Notes: generated from the sequence alone by a model not told the origin. A DNA stretch of 64,000 nt from Kudoa neothunni (GCA_964304625.1 OZ199838.1:8543904-8607903), one strand, 5' to 3'; counted from the stretch's first letter, positions 1 to 14,169 are shown. Program-made: numbers and translations.

Positions 1-80
1 TTAGATTTGCATAGTAAACTATACAATTGTGATATATATCTAAGTGACGTTTATAGGATAGGGTTAGCAGAAATTATCAA

Positions 81-1167
81 TCATTTTTTGGCCCCATCTT
101 CTGCTTCTTCGTCGTCATTGAATACAGGCGCCAAATAAAATCTAACAATAACAATCAATTTTCAAAAAATCAATTCAATTAGCTTTCACTTCAGGAAACT
201 CTTGGGTTTCAATATTGTATCTCAACACAAAATAGGGAGTTCATTTTTGTAATCAACAATTTCACATTGTTACTCAAAGCGTGAGCCTAGATTAAGCATT
301 TATACGAATAGTTTTAATTGCCGAGTTACTTTTGCAAACATTTGAAGAAATCTAACAGAGAATGTTTGTTTAACAGAACCACTGTGTTCAATCTTGAGAT
401 TATCATGGGCTTTTCTTCGTCGTATATCAAACTAATACCACCGCAAAGAGCACTGTCTTTAGCGATAAAGTTTTACACAATCTTTTGAAGTGGATATGAT
501 CACTATTACCGAGATAAAATCAACACAGCATAAAAAAATAAGTATGGAATACTTGACTCGCTGAACTGGCTAACATCTTTGACAATATCAGCAAATTTTG
601 GGGATGGCAATGGTGATTACAGTCTCACTTTGGAGCGCTCTAAAACAAATATAAATTAATTACCAACAACAAACATTTAATAATACAGGAATTGTAAGTG
701 TTTCCATCTCGATATTCATCAATTTGGATGAAAATTTGGACACTTTGTCGCCCTCCTATTGAATTAAGTTGGATGTGAGTATTCAAAATCCATAAATTTA
801 CCTTTAGAGACAAACACGAATGTGAGATTTTCACCGTCATCCTGACAACTCAACGAGAATAGAATCTGTGGCAGTTGCGCATCGTAATATTTTGTGTACA
901 CTATATTTATCAAATAATGACAACCACCCACTCAAAAATTGTTACTCAGCAATATTAACACCAATAACTAGATTTCTATCACAACGATAATCCGAAAACA
1001 GCTCAGAAGACAGCATAAGCGAAATTAAACTGACGTGACTAGTATCCATAGCTTGAACGCAGATACCCGTGGAAGTACATTCAAAATTGGCTTCGTTAAC
1101 CACCTCTTTGACAGATTCGATGATTTTTTTTCAACACATTTCCATCAGCTATCTTCGCCTCAAACAT
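81..1167 (-). CDS. PCNA: Proliferating cell nuclear antigen (multi-exon)
   Basis: Manual translation gives [64 protein letters not shown]...[19 protein letters not shown], matching PCNA motifs. It has several ~45-50 nt GT-AG introns. A few +1 insertions (e.g. A8 run at ~1124-1131) break the frame. Confidence 0.95.
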
Positions 1168-2529
1168 TCTTCTGCGCTAACGTCACATTTAAGATTAGCG
1201 GAAATCACCTGTGGTCACGAACAATAATTCAGTAATTGCTTCGGATTGAAAACATTCCTGTCAGGGATTATGATATTTCAGCATTTTTATTTTTGAGAAA
1301 AAATATTTTAATTTATGTATTATAATCTACGTTACAATTTATTCCCTAATATAATAAGGATATCGCGAGAGATGTTCGTTATAGCTAATGCGTAAATTGA
1401 TTAGGTTGCCATGTATATACGATAAATAATCCTTTAAAATATTAGTTATTCAATTATTTATTCCGATATTGAATTATATGATGGTTTTAAAAATATTTAA
1501 AATAAAATAATAAGATCGCACTGTAACACACGATGGTAGTTCTGCGGTGGGCAGGGGAATCACGTGTTGTTACGTAAATCCGAACATGTGAAATATTTCT
1601 CCCCAGCGCTTAAATTAATACAGATTTTGTTTCAGTGATCATTTATTAATGGCTCGATGTGTAAGTATCAAATTAACGAACGAATATTAAAGTCAGTGCG
1701 CATTCCAAATATATGTAGATGATATGATAAACGAAAACTAGTTGAATTATTAATATGAGGCTAGAAATATTGGGAGAAAGAAAATTTTTCTTGATAAGAC
1801 CACGTGTTGCAGTTTAATTCGGACACTGTCAAATTCAAATCCGCAAATGACTAAAGAGTAGAGAAAAAGCTTTAACCTAATGTGGAAAATATAAATGGGA
1901 AGGAATGTAACAAAGATTCCTGATTTTGGTCTATTTAATATTATAGATCACGAAGCCTTTGGACATCAACCAACCACCACATTATATTTCAAAGTTTTTA
2001 AGGGATCTCATTGATACGTTAAAGTATAACAACTTTATTATTACAATGCAGGGGGTTGACAACGTCCGACACGCGAGAAATTCAGTATTAAAGTTAATTT
2101 TTTTTATTAGACAGTACTTGTATAATTTTCTCGGTTTTTATAATCGATCTTTACATTAGAGGTTAGGATCGGTTCGGTTTTTTGACAAAATCTAAAACTA
2201 AAACCGATTTAAAAATTTATTTTATAGGTTAGTATAAATTAATTTCTATTATTAACTTATAGTCTTTTAAACAAATGAACATGTTTTTAAAATAAGAAAA
2301 GGGACCAACATTTTTTTTGAGTGACATGTGTTTTAACAATTAACAAGCTTTTTTATTCAATATTACAGTGATGAAATTTGCTATTTGGAGCTATCTTGTT
2401 AAGACTTGATAATGGAAAAAGCAAAATTCAGCAAGTATGACTGCGTACTCATCAATACAATTGAGGATCTCTCGTTTATTGACGGAATCGTTTCAAAAAA
2501 TTTAAAAATTAAATTTATCGAAAGTTGCT

Positions 2530-5019
2530 GGTAATGGTATACTTACCGGCTACTAACATTCGTTCTGATGCCGTGCTTATTTTTAATTATTTTTTTCACA
2601 TTTAGTAATATCATTATTAGAAAGTTGGATCATACAAAGATTATTTACAAATTTCCATTTCTAGCGTTTGACAATTCTTTACACTTAATCCTCACATTGC
2701 TCATATAATCCACCACATGATCTCTTTCTTATTATTGTTTTCCTCATATTTAATGATTTCTGATGGATTATTAGCAGATATTACTTTATACAATATATTA
2801 TTATTATTTATTTATTGAAGGCCACGGAAATCATTTATAAATAGCAAACAACAGTAATTAGAGTTGGCATTAATTAAATAAGGAAAAAAGGGTGCAGTGG
2901 AGATTATATAAACTTTTTTTATCAAATTTAGGGATGGAATAACGTTGTTACAGCCATTTTAGTTTATATATTTTGTTCATATGATTTTCTATAAGAAATT
3001 TAGCATGTATTTTATTTTTATTTTTTGGTTAATTGATATTATCTTTTATTTCAAAATGAGAGATTAATGTATACTACAAATCGGAATTATTCTTGGATAA
3101 ATATGACATTTATATGGAAAAAGTGTAGAGAATATCGATCTAATTATATTTTTGTGATAAGTTCTAAATATACTTTAATCCATTTTTATAGCCCCGTCGA
3201 TTTTCAGTAATTTACGAAATGCGTGTTTATAATGACACCAACATTATGTTACTATGGATTAAAAGATTTCAAGCTTGATTTTTGGTTTGACCTTTTTCAT
3301 ATCATATTATTTATTATAATATAGTCCATCGTTATAATTATATTTTATGGGCCTTGTTTTGGGACACAACACGAAATATATTAAACTCTAACTGCTGTCA
3401 TTATATATGACCTTTATTTCTTTTATTTTTCTAGCATATTCATAATTTCTGGAATATATGAACTGGGAATTATTTTAATCAACATATTATCATAAAAGTA
3501 ATTTCTTGTTCGAGCACCAATAAAAAAATAGAATTTTATTCCGTCGGATAATATTTATTAATAATATTTAAATAGTTATTTAATAATTGGAATTTCGTTC
3601 CCATAACGGAACGAAACCATTCTTCCTTGAGGTAACCTTCGAGATTTGATTTGCTCGCTCCTCTTCTTATATTCTTGGGGAGCTTAAGCTTTAAACGACC
3701 CCAACATGACTCCACAGTATTAGATTGAATCCCGCCTATATAGTATGCCACTGAGTGATGGATTTTCAAATGGTTATATCCCAGTTCTGTCAATTTATTG
3801 TACATGGACCAGTCATCATATATATCATGGAACCTTTTAAAATACCCACTTCAATTATATGGATTAAGGTCTCTTGATTTTCTTCTTTTACCTCGAAGTA
3901 TCTTACTTCTTTAAGCGTCCTTTTTCCGTTATCACCAATTGAGCATAGGCAAAGTCTGAAAATCCAAGGGCCGTCTACTCTGTTACCATATCTTTCTGAA
4001 TGTGTACAAAGAGCTATTTTATATTATAGCGATTGCATATACAAATATCAGATACGCATATGATCATCAGATAATTTATCACATTCTGGATAATATTTTC
4101 TGCCACTCATATCTGCCTAAAAATCCTAGTAATAAACTATAACTCAGCTTTTTTATTACATTCTGTGAATTTCTAGAGACTAAAAATTCCTTAGTTGAGG
4201 AATGATTCCAAGAATCAGCTTTTAGATATCCCCCCTCTGTTGTTTTTTCTCTTACCATGTAAGAGGCTTTCATCTGTTTCGATGACATAGCCATCGCCAA
4301 CAAATTTTTTCTCTTTGCGTGAAATAGTTGGTGCATACTGCCCTAAATTTTATAAACCAGTTTATGATGGTCAATTTTAATATTGTTTTCAACCGATAAT
4401 TTATTCCGGAAAAAACGTGCCCCTGGTGGGACAAGATTTGGTTTTGCATCTATCCATCACTATTAAAATATGTGTATACTCGTATATATTACCGTTTACA
4501 TAGATATATAGTAATATTTTCCTCATTATTTATGGGAATGCTTAATTCACTAGGTTCGTTTTGTGTTTTTGCAGACTTCATTTCTTATATATACATTGGA
4601 TCGTAACCTCTGCAATTGACACACCTATTTGGAATTCTGCGGATGATTTTTTTTGATATTAAGAAATTAATATAAGAGCGCTATTATTTATGCGCGAAAA
4701 AAAAACTCATCGTCAGTTCTTATATCAACCATCATCGCTATTTCGTTCAGGTAAATATTGCGAATAGGATAAAATAATTCACAAATGAGCATAAAAGAAG
4801 TTCCTCTACCCACAATGGGGAGGATCACGGCGATGTGAATTTGATCAAATTTAGGATTAAGGTGTAAAGGAAATTGTCAAACGCTAGAAATGGAAATTTG
4901 TAAATAATTTTTGTATGCTCCAACTTTTCTAATAATGATATTACTAATTGTGAAAAAAATAATTAAAAATAAGCACAGCATCAGAACGAATGTTAGTAGC
5001 CGGTAAGTATACCATTACC
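2530..5019 (-). mobile_element. Merlin (ISXO2/IS1595-like) DNA transposon with ~165-bp TIRs
   Basis: 2530-~2692 is the inverted complement of ~4853-5019 (GGTAATGGTATACTTACCGG...). The internal degenerate transposase has ETDES, RKNNRG, GPWIF and SNTVESCWGRLK motifs. No TSD is recognisable. Confidence 0.85.
3536..4750 (-). pseudogene. Merlin transposase (DDE_Tnp_IS1595), frameshifted, with two putative introns (4117-4159, 3996-4055)
   Basis: ORF-track fragments 3536-3805 and 4079-4336 plus manual splicing. The 5' boundary is approximate. Confidence 0.75.
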
Positions 5020-5066
5020 GATTTGTGCGTACACTCATACGGACATTACTACTTTGTATATATAGA
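5020..5066 (-). mobile_element. Helitron-like 5' end fragment
   Basis: Minus strand reads A|TCTATATATACAAAGTAGTAATGTCCGT..., similar to the 5' ends at 27236 and 48465. Confidence 0.5.
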
Positions 5067-5298
5067 TTGAGTCTTAACAATTTAATCAATATTAAATTGT
5101 TGGAATATGGACATATTTTCAATTAATGAGGAATTCTAAATATCGTTATGGAGAATTCTGGGAAAATACTCCTCATTGTTACTTTATTATTCTTACCATA
5201 ATTATTAGTATAGCTCACAATATCAAAATAGGGTAAGAAACTATAAAAAATTAATAATAGTCCATTTTTTAGAAGCTAGAATGTATCATTCCTAATAT

Positions 5299-8200
5299 GG
5301 CACGGCGGCGCTTTAAGGTCGCGCCACGGGTTGCCAGAAGATTAGCGAAAAAAGTACCAACAAGTTTTTGAAAAACGTACCAACAGTTAATCCACATAAA
5401 AAAGAGATTAAGGAGATAAAACGTGGTTATTTCAAATGTTTTTTAATTTATCTAAAATGAAATTGTTTCATTACAGTTATCTTCATAAAGGTTTGTTCTC
5501 TATGAACGCTATTACTGAATTTTCAGGCAGGTTCTATTTTGTACAATCTGTATTATAAAATAAAGTTTTCGAATAAACCAAGCTGTTTAATGTTTCGGTC
5601 TTCAATAATGATCTATTTTTAATTTTGATTATGTTCAATTAGGGAAAATATTCTTTCGGCAAAAGCAGAAGAATAAAGTAATGAGTGCAAGCTCATCATT
5701 AGTTTTGAAATTAATGGATATTTAGGAACATTGCCAATTATTTTTCTGATACGTCGTACAAAAATTTTTTCGGGATCTTCGAAGCGAAAACGAGATTTGA
5801 GTCTTCGAGAGTTAATTGTCTCCATTCAATATCCAAATTGGTGTACCTCTTCATCCGATATAAGATTGGGGAATCTTGCTGCAGGGGGGTATGATAGACT
5901 CTAGCTTACCTTCATTTACGTTACTTGGATCCATTTCCTCGAATAATCCAAGTCATTTCAATGAATTATTGTATAGAGAAAGTGATCAAATATTTCATTT
6001 GTTAAAGGAATATTAAAATTAAATGTATTTATTTTATAATGAAGAATTCATTGTATATATGCAAGTCATTTTGGATCCGCGACAAACACTATCTAATGGG
6101 AAGATAATTTGAAGGGTTTATTAATATTCCAAATATCCACATTTTTAATGATTTCTCTTTTCATAAATAATCGGGTAATGATTTTTACTGTGAAACTGAT
6201 TGAATTGTTTAGTTTGTGTATTCGAAAGTTTTCTTGATTGGAATTCAAGATTAGATTTGTTCATTACTTGAAGTATAAAGTTTAAGAATTCAAAATAATC
6301 ATGATTGATTGGTTTATTGACTTTATGATTTATTAATTTTTCCTGATTCAAAACCATTTTTTTGATACTGCAGTAGCGAAAAAACATTTTAAGTGCATTC
6401 CATTGATCGGGTATTCTAGAGGCGACTTGTTCGAGTTACAACCATCTTGTGCTACAAGGTCGTAATATCTTTCTAGGACAAATATCCATTATCTTTTGAA
6501 ATTCCTTGTATTCACTCAAATGTTTTGAGCTATTCGAAACGTGTGTAAATACTTCTAAATCTTCCAACCCGTTCGGGAAGTTGATGACAAGCTTTAGACG
6601 CAAATAAATTTACTGAATGACAACTGCAACCTTTCACGTAAAGCGAAGGAATTATTTGTTTCAGTAAATTTTGGACACCACTTTTGTTACCCATCATAAC
6701 ATTGTATTGTCACTGGCAAATCCGATAAGATTGTGAATGGAGATATTCTTAGTCTGAAAAAAATTTATCAATGATTCAAAAATTCTTTTGTCAGTACAAT
6801 TCGTTATCTCTAATACGACCAAGTATTTGTCCATTGTCTTTTTTAACATCGACATCATAATATCGAGGCTACTAAAACTAGTTGTTTAATTGTGGATGTA
6901 TCTGTGGTTGTCATCTATTATTAATGAAAATTTTGTTGTTTGTAATTTTGACATTAAGGTTTTTAAGTAATATTTACCAATAACATGATGAAAAACACAT
7001 TTCCCTTTCGTTCGAGCACATTTAATATCTTTGCAAATAGCAGAATCTTCGCAAACATTGGCAATTAAACCAAGCAAATGATCCAAGGATGACAACCGGC
7101 AAATTGTGTTCCGCAACAAAAGCACATAATTCCAATTCTGCTTTATCTATTTTTAGAGCATATACAGCAGAACTGTTTAATTCTATATAACTATCCATTT
7201 TCATATATTTGTGGACTGTCTCATATTTCTTAAATGCTTTTCGGTTGCTGCATGTCTTTCGATTTGTGAAGTACTCACTGAAACTTCACATTTCCACCCA
7301 CACTTTACAAAACACTTTTTCCTTGTTCTCCTTGCTCATATCAATCCATTGGATAAATCTTCGCTCTTCCAACCATTCTGTTCCTACCTTGCGTTCATAA
7401 TCTTTATATATTTTCTGTTTTGATGGTTTACTTATATCGCTTTCTCAGTCGCTATCGTTTAGATTAAAGGTCATCAAGAATTACTGACCCAAAATATACT
7501 ACATTATGCATAACAATAAAAGTTACAGAAATTAATTCAACTTGTTGAATACAACAAACTATGTAGCAAATTATTAAGACGCGCGCTATTAAGAATGAAT
7601 TTGTAAGTTAAAATAGGTGTTTGTGAATGAAATTTTATCCTTATCGCATTTTCGGATATTGTTTTCCTCTTCAACTTGCGTTTCCACATAATTTAAATAT
7701 TTCCAGGTATCAACCATAGCTTTAATTAAAAAAATATAATTTATTAACAGTTCCCCTGGTTAGAAATGTATAAACTTAACATTTTAAGGAATTTTGTTGC
7801 TACAATTAAATTTGACAACTCGTTCGAGCTAGATTTTGTTTCGTTAAAACATACATTTTAAAACCCTAAAGTATAAAACTTATAGGTAGAAAAATTAATT
7901 TCGTGAAGTAAACGGAGCTAGCTAACTGACCACGTATATTGTTCGATATACATTGGGATTACATGGAACTAATTTGACCATGAAATCAAAGAACGTTCCA
8001 TTTAAAACAATAAATAGATAACATTCTCGTAGTCAGAAACTCATTTAACATATAAATGAGGAAAAAAAATAAGCTTAGGTTTATAGAATTTTGTTAAATG
8101 ATAACATTTTGGAATTTAATTGTTTGTTTTGTTTCTTTATGAGACAATATTAAAGGGTTAGATTGGGGTATTTATAATAACATCGAATTCAACAGTAAGA

Positions 8201-8478
8201 CATATTTTGCATATTTTCGTATAATATTATACCTATACGCTGAAATAAAAATAAATAGACGTAAAAGGTATAAATTTTTAAATAAGACACTAATGTTACT
8301 TTGCATTCATTACTTATACCTAACCGGAAACCGAGTATCATCGACTGGATTAAAAAATTTGTCTTGACGGGGAAAAAGTACCACTTTGGTACGAACGTAC
8401 CAATTCTAGCAACGCCCGGGCTGCACATATCGGTATCGTGCGTGCGCCCGACTACGTTGGATTTAGAACTACCGTGCC
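5299..8478 (-). mobile_element. hAT-superfamily transposon with degenerate transposase (~5460-7475)
   Basis: Fragments VFCKVC..HAATEKH (BED finger), AFVAEHNL, FSLIID, CSTRWL and SSAFAERIFS (dimerisation). Short terminal GGCACGG/CCGTGCC with subterminal GTTGCCAG/CTAGCAAC. The TSD is unclear, so the ends are approximate. Confidence 0.75.
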
Positions 8479-8599
8479 CCAAACTAATGTTTTCACATTG
8501 TATTCACTAGTATAACCTTATATGTAGTAGAATTTTTTTAATATAAAATAAACATTGGATAATGGAAAATCAAGCATGTAACCAAGCTACAATTTTCTC

Positions 8600-8702
8600 C
8601 ATCCGCATATGTGGCATTAGCCTAACTTCGTTTAACCGAAATTTCAGTATCCGAAACGAAAATGCTAGGTCCCAACTTTTTCGGATAAACGGAGTTCGAC
8701 TG
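8600..8702. mobile_element. pogo/Tigger-type terminal fragment
   Basis: Ends ...CGGATAAACGGAGTTCGACTG|TA, the inverse of the CAGTCGAACCTCGATTATCCG end at 34157. Confidence 0.5.
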
Positions 8703-8721
8703 TACTAGAAAACGCGAAGTA

Positions 8722-11132
8722 CAGTGCAGCAGGCTCGTACGTAATAATCGGGGAATGATGTCTCGGTTACGTAGAATCGCCGCTTTACCTACGAACAGGG
8801 CGTCCACTGCTTGGTTTTTTCCCCAAGACCTTGGGTTTTTATTGAGAAACCTCTAAACATTGAGTAATGACACAAATTTATTATGTGTGACCTTTAAATA
8901 TTTATATTTTTAATAACGTATCCTACTCAGATTATATCGTGCAGTGTTTAAACATTTACGATATTGAACGACAGTACAATATATTGTTGTATCGGGGCAC
9001 GATTGCACAATTGTTCAATTAACATTGTCGCACATTATTGGAAAATTTAACGTTATTTCAAAATATATCTTGAACTATGAATTAATTAATTCATTGTGAG
9101 CATATTGTATCTATACTAGACATTAAGTTTGAATGAATGTTCGCAACAATAAATTGCAATAATACGACGATAAATTTAAACTTAATATCTGTAGACGTAT
9201 TTTAAGACTCGGAAGATGATTAAAACCTTTAATAGATATGATTCTATTTTTTGTTGTACTTTAGACTAGCGTTTCTCTCGACCTTGGGTTTTTTCTAAAA
9301 TCCCGCTGGCAACCCTACCTACGAACCTGTCCGCGCATGCGGAATATTTGAGATATTCTTACTCAGGTTTATTCATATTGTAAGAATATTTAAACAGCTT
9401 AGGCCATATCTTATAATTTTATTTGTATTATTAATACGGTAAATAATGAAATTTTATAAATAGAAATATGATAGGCCCCTATTCTATTACTCTTTCATTT
9501 AGAACAATATTTAAAGGATTAATTTAAACAATGAGAAATAATTACGACCTATAACCATGGAAACTAAGAATTCAAATTCTTAACTAAACTTACTCAATTA
9601 CAGAAATAACAAAGATTTGTTTCCTATTGTTTCTCTGTTTTTTTGGTTCTAAAAAAATCTTATATACAAAAATTTTATTCAATCACTGATACATAAAAAA
9701 TAATCTGTTAGCTCTATTTGTCATCCATGAGTCATTAATTATTCGATGAACTTCTTTCCCTACATCCGAAATACCTTTCATATTGGTAGAATTTTTCTGT
9801 CTCAAAAATCTGAATAGACGTCGTAATATTCTAGAGCTGACAAAATGAAACTGGTGATTCACAACATTTTCGTCATCTTCATCGATATCATGGTTTGTTG
9901 CATCCTAGGTTATTTTAATAAAATTGATAAGTTCCTTATCGTTGCTTTACACATGATAGATTTCTCGTGCTCTATACCTTTGGGAATTCCTGCATCAACG
10001 GTATCGGTACTATCATTATTCATAAGCATAATAGATTTATCTGTCATCTCTATAGAATCAAAAAAACATTTTTGAAACAATTGATGATTACTTTTTTTTA
10101 CCAGCTTCCAGGCATCAAAAATAGTGTGTATTTCTTCAAGGATATCGACAGGCTAGGTTTTTCTACGTTAGCATCCAACTGACTCAGCAGTCTTCCGAAG
10201 ACAAATTTTTTGTAAAATATTTTAAAATTATTAATGATCCCTTGGTCAAGAAGTTGAAGAACGCCCGTTGCACCTTTGGGAAATAACACAATTGAATATT
10301 TTTTTATTTCAGTACCGAATGAGCCGGGGCAGTTATCAAGAAAAATGAGTAATTTTTCAATTTTTTTGGCCAAACAAATTATCAACTGATTCATATATTT
10401 TATAAATAAAATAGATGTCATCCGTGGTTTTTTATTAGAATTAAATTCTAACGGGGAAAGTAGTTAATCCTTGGAAACATCTAGAGTTTGCGTACTTCCC
10501 TATCAAAAGGGAGGAAGTTTCTCTCCGGTCATCGAGCATCCAAGAAGAATTGTTACACGATTTTTTGGTTCTTTCGTTCCCCTGACATCTTTTTCAAATC
10601 CAGTTATGTAACCTTTATCTAAAAAAATCAAGGAAGCAATTGGACAAATAATGCAAACTTTTACATTCTTGATAGAAAAGACTAGTCTGGTCAATATTAA
10701 AAACATCTTCTGGCGTCAATTTTTGAAGTATATTATGAAGCTTTTCTTTCCATTCGGTGACTATATCAATGGGAACACGTCCAATTTCACCGTGGAAGGT
10801 AATATATTTTAGATTAAAATGATCTATATTCTGAACATTTCTCTTTGAAGCAACTAGTCTTGCCTTTACAATTATTTTATCAGTATCATTACTGACGTTT
10901 TTTTTAAAGTTTTTCGGGAACTATTCAAAAGTCCTGAATCTCCTTACCTTAAAACTGATTCTTTTTTCATTCAAATGCCATCCAATGTTGACATTCTCTT
11001 TATGCCAAATTTAATCATAGTCATTGTTTTTGAATATTTCGGTTCACAGATAGACTTATAATATAATATAATCTCATATTTCTCTGATAAAGTTTTGTAA
11101 TTCCGAAGTTTACTAGACTTCATTTTATGTAT
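8722..11132 (-). mobile_element. pogo/Tigger (DDE_1, CENP-B-like) transposon remnant
   Basis: Fragments MKSSKLRNYKTLSEKYEII (HTH), RVTILLGCSMTGEKLPP and LLIFLDNCPG..FPKGATGVLQLLDQGIINNFK. TA|CAGTG end at 8722. The 5' end is replaced by a Helitron-like end. Confidence 0.75.
8796..9317. mobile_element. Non-autonomous hAT MITE, copy 1
   Basis: Perfect 8-bp TSD CCTACGAA (8788-8795 / 9318-9325) and CAGGG../..CCCTA ends. An inverted homolog lies at 57388-58068. Confidence 0.85.
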
Positions 11133-11133
11133 G

Positions 11134-11733
11134 ACTAGCGGGAACTGCCCAGCGTTGCTTGGGGAAGATTTCGCGTAGATACGTTTCTTAATAATATTCA
11201 AAAACTATATTTAAGTTTCAAATTAACCCATGGATGCAAAATAACTAAAAAAATTTAAGTGACATACTTTCAACGATTTGGATTAGCGAAATTTAAATTA
11301 TGATCATTTCTGTGAAGTAAAATATCAACATAAATAATTTATATAATTAGATGAAATAATAGTACAACCATCTGCATTGAATTTAATCACTGAAAGTTCA
11401 ACACAGCGGACGATTTCAATCGTATCTACGGACATGGTGCTTGTATTATAAAGCTTCAATCTATCTGATTACAGATTTCCTTGCCAAATCGCTATTGAGG
11501 ATGCAAACATAGACTTTTTCTCATATTTTAAACCATTAATAGAACTTTCAAATATACTTATCAAATCATATACGCTAAAACCCCCGAAATAAGGATTGTA
11601 TTTGCGCAAACACCCAAGTAGACAAGCCAACATTATACACAAAGATAGAAGATATCGTTTAATTAACATTTAAACAGAGCATATAAGGAAGAATATTAAC
11701 TTCAACCGACCATCAGGAGGTAGTAAGCAGTTG
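11134..11733 (-). mobile_element. Putative non-autonomous Helitron 3' portion
   Basis: The minus strand ends in CTAG|T, preceded by a GC-rich hairpin (CCCAAGCAACGCTGGG). Its extent is uncertain and it is interrupted by a piggyBac. Confidence 0.45.
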
Positions 11734-11737
11734 TTAA

Positions 11738-13960
11738 CTCTTTGTGGCTAACCATTGGATCCACGATCCATGTAGAGGTATATATCTCATTCATAGATCA
11801 AAATAACGCGCAATTTTAGTTCTAATTTCACGTAAATTACAAGCAAAACAATTTCTATCATCTTATAAAATTAGAGGGGAAAAATTTTTTCTTATTTTAA
11901 TCCGTGTTTTCAACTCTTGGCCTTAATATTAAGTTGACTAATATTGGTTATGCACGACAATTAATCATCCCTCTGGTGTGTTCCAAAGCTAGAATGGCAA
12001 GTTTTGATTCACCGAGTGACTCTCTTTTGTCGGATAATGAAAGTATTGCGTCGCTTGAGTTAGAAAATTACTTAGACGAATCCTACTTGAATAGCGATGA
12101 AAAAGAAAACAATATAAATGGTAAACAATACTTGTAAATAAATAGATTTTATATGATTAATGATTAATAAAGATGCATTCGATAACGATAACGACACAAT
12201 CAGGTAAGCTGATTAGTCTTATATTCTCCACAAGAATGGTAATAATAGACTAAAAGATAACTTTGTTTCGAAAGACGAATCAATTATCTGGTCATCCCAA
12301 CCGAGATCTGGAAGAAACCCCTCCACCAATATAATAAGCTGCTAATATTCGAAAAGGGCGTCCCAATCGATTCAATAGATACAACAACACCAATCAGCAC
12401 TTTCACCCTTTTTTTACTTCAAGGATGATGGATGATATTATTTTATACACTAATAGAAAAGGTTTCGACGTTTTAGCAGAAAAATGGAAATCTCCCGATT
12501 TGGATCAATTCAAAGCGTTTACTGGCTCTACTTCTGAGTGGTGCTTATACATCTAACTTTGAAAACAAGCGAAATATTGTGGCATGAAATACACGGAAGG
12601 CCATTTATTTCGTGCCAAGATGTCCCGTGAAAGATTTAAAAGATTTCTAATTCATTAAGATTTGATGAGTATTGGAATCGAAATAATTCTGATAATTCGA
12701 CCGACAAGTTGTAGACCTATAAGGGATATTTTTAATCAATTTAGTAACATCTGCAGAACAAGTTACTTACCAGGTGTAAACTTAACTGTAGATGAACAGT
12801 TATATCCATTTCGAGGGAGAGTATCGTTTTTAGTCTATATGCCCTAAGAAGCCATCTACGTATGGTATAAAATTTTGGGTAGTTTGTGACAGCGAAACTC
12901 CGATATGCATCCAACATAATTCCATATGCGGGTAAAGTAAACAACCAACGTGAAGCAACCACACGTTTTAACAGTAGTCGTTGATCTCACTCAGCATTTG
13001 CTCAACTGTGGCCGAAGTATTACTTGTGACAACTTTTTCACGACTTGGAAACTTTCCCAATGTTTACACAAAAATAACACATCTATACTAGGAACTGTAA
13101 GAAAATGTCGAGCATTTATCCCGTCAGAATGTCTACCTAATAGGAGCAGACAACTATATTTATCTATGTTTGGATTTTAAAAACAGTTTACGCTAATGTC
13201 GTACGTTCCTAAAAAGGGCAAGTGTGTAATAGTCCTTTCATTAGAGCACCGCAATGGCAGCGTAAGTTCTGGCTATAAATCCAAACCAGATATGATATGG
13301 ATTATAACGTCAAAAGATGTGGTGTTGACACCATGGACCAATGCGTTTTCCACTTACACCTGTAAGAGGAAGTGTAAAAGGTGGCCTTACGCTGTATTTT
13401 CCCCAAATCCTAGATGTAGCCGCATTTAATGCATTTGTGGTTTTCAACCAAAAAAATCCAATGGACTTTAAAAAAGATAAATCAACTCATCGGAAAAATT
13501 TTTTAATAACATTATCCATTGAACTAATTAAACAGCACCAGGACAGAAGATTTGCTAATCTTTAAGATTGCACACCAACCCGTAGTAAAACGGTCATTAG
13601 AAGTAATTGAATACAGGTTCGATAATGAGGTGGTCTCTAAAAAGGATGTATACCAACATGTGAGAAAACGCTGCAAATATTGTCCCCTTGCTCTTGGCGA
13701 GGAGAAGTAAGCGAACTTGTACAACATGCAACCAAATATGTTTGCAATGAGCATTCAACCAAAAACATTATATGTATAAATTGTGGATCGAAAAATTAAT
13801 TGCTCTTCTGAGCTGCTTATTTCTCTCCTGCGTCTACTTCATAGAGTATTTAAAATAAATCGGATTATTTTGTAATCCATTAATCCCAAATTTTAGTCCG
13901 ATGGATCGTGGATCCAATGGTTAGCCTTAACGTAACAGTTCCATGGTTAGCCGTTACGGG
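11738..13960 (+). mobile_element. piggyBac transposon (PGBD4-like), degenerate transposase 11994-13799 with two putative introns
   Basis: TTAA on both sides (11734-37, 13961-64) and inverted GGCTAACCATTGGATCCACGATCCAT motifs. Protein motifs NLTVDEQLYPFRGR, SITCDNFFT, LGTVRK and RWPYAVF, plus a C-terminal Cys-rich domain. Confidence 0.9.
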
Positions 13961-14169
13961 TTAATCCTATGTTGAACTCAAGCAATCCGATAAAACAAAC
14001 TTTGAATCGACAAAATCACCATTTTCTAAACACTTTTGGGGACATTTTGTCGTGCGAAAACGATTTAGAGATTTGTTTAAAACATTATAATTTTTAAAAA
14101 AATTTCATGAATTTCTCTCTAAAACTCGTCCGAATATTGTAGCTGTAATACGAAGTCACCAACCACAAA

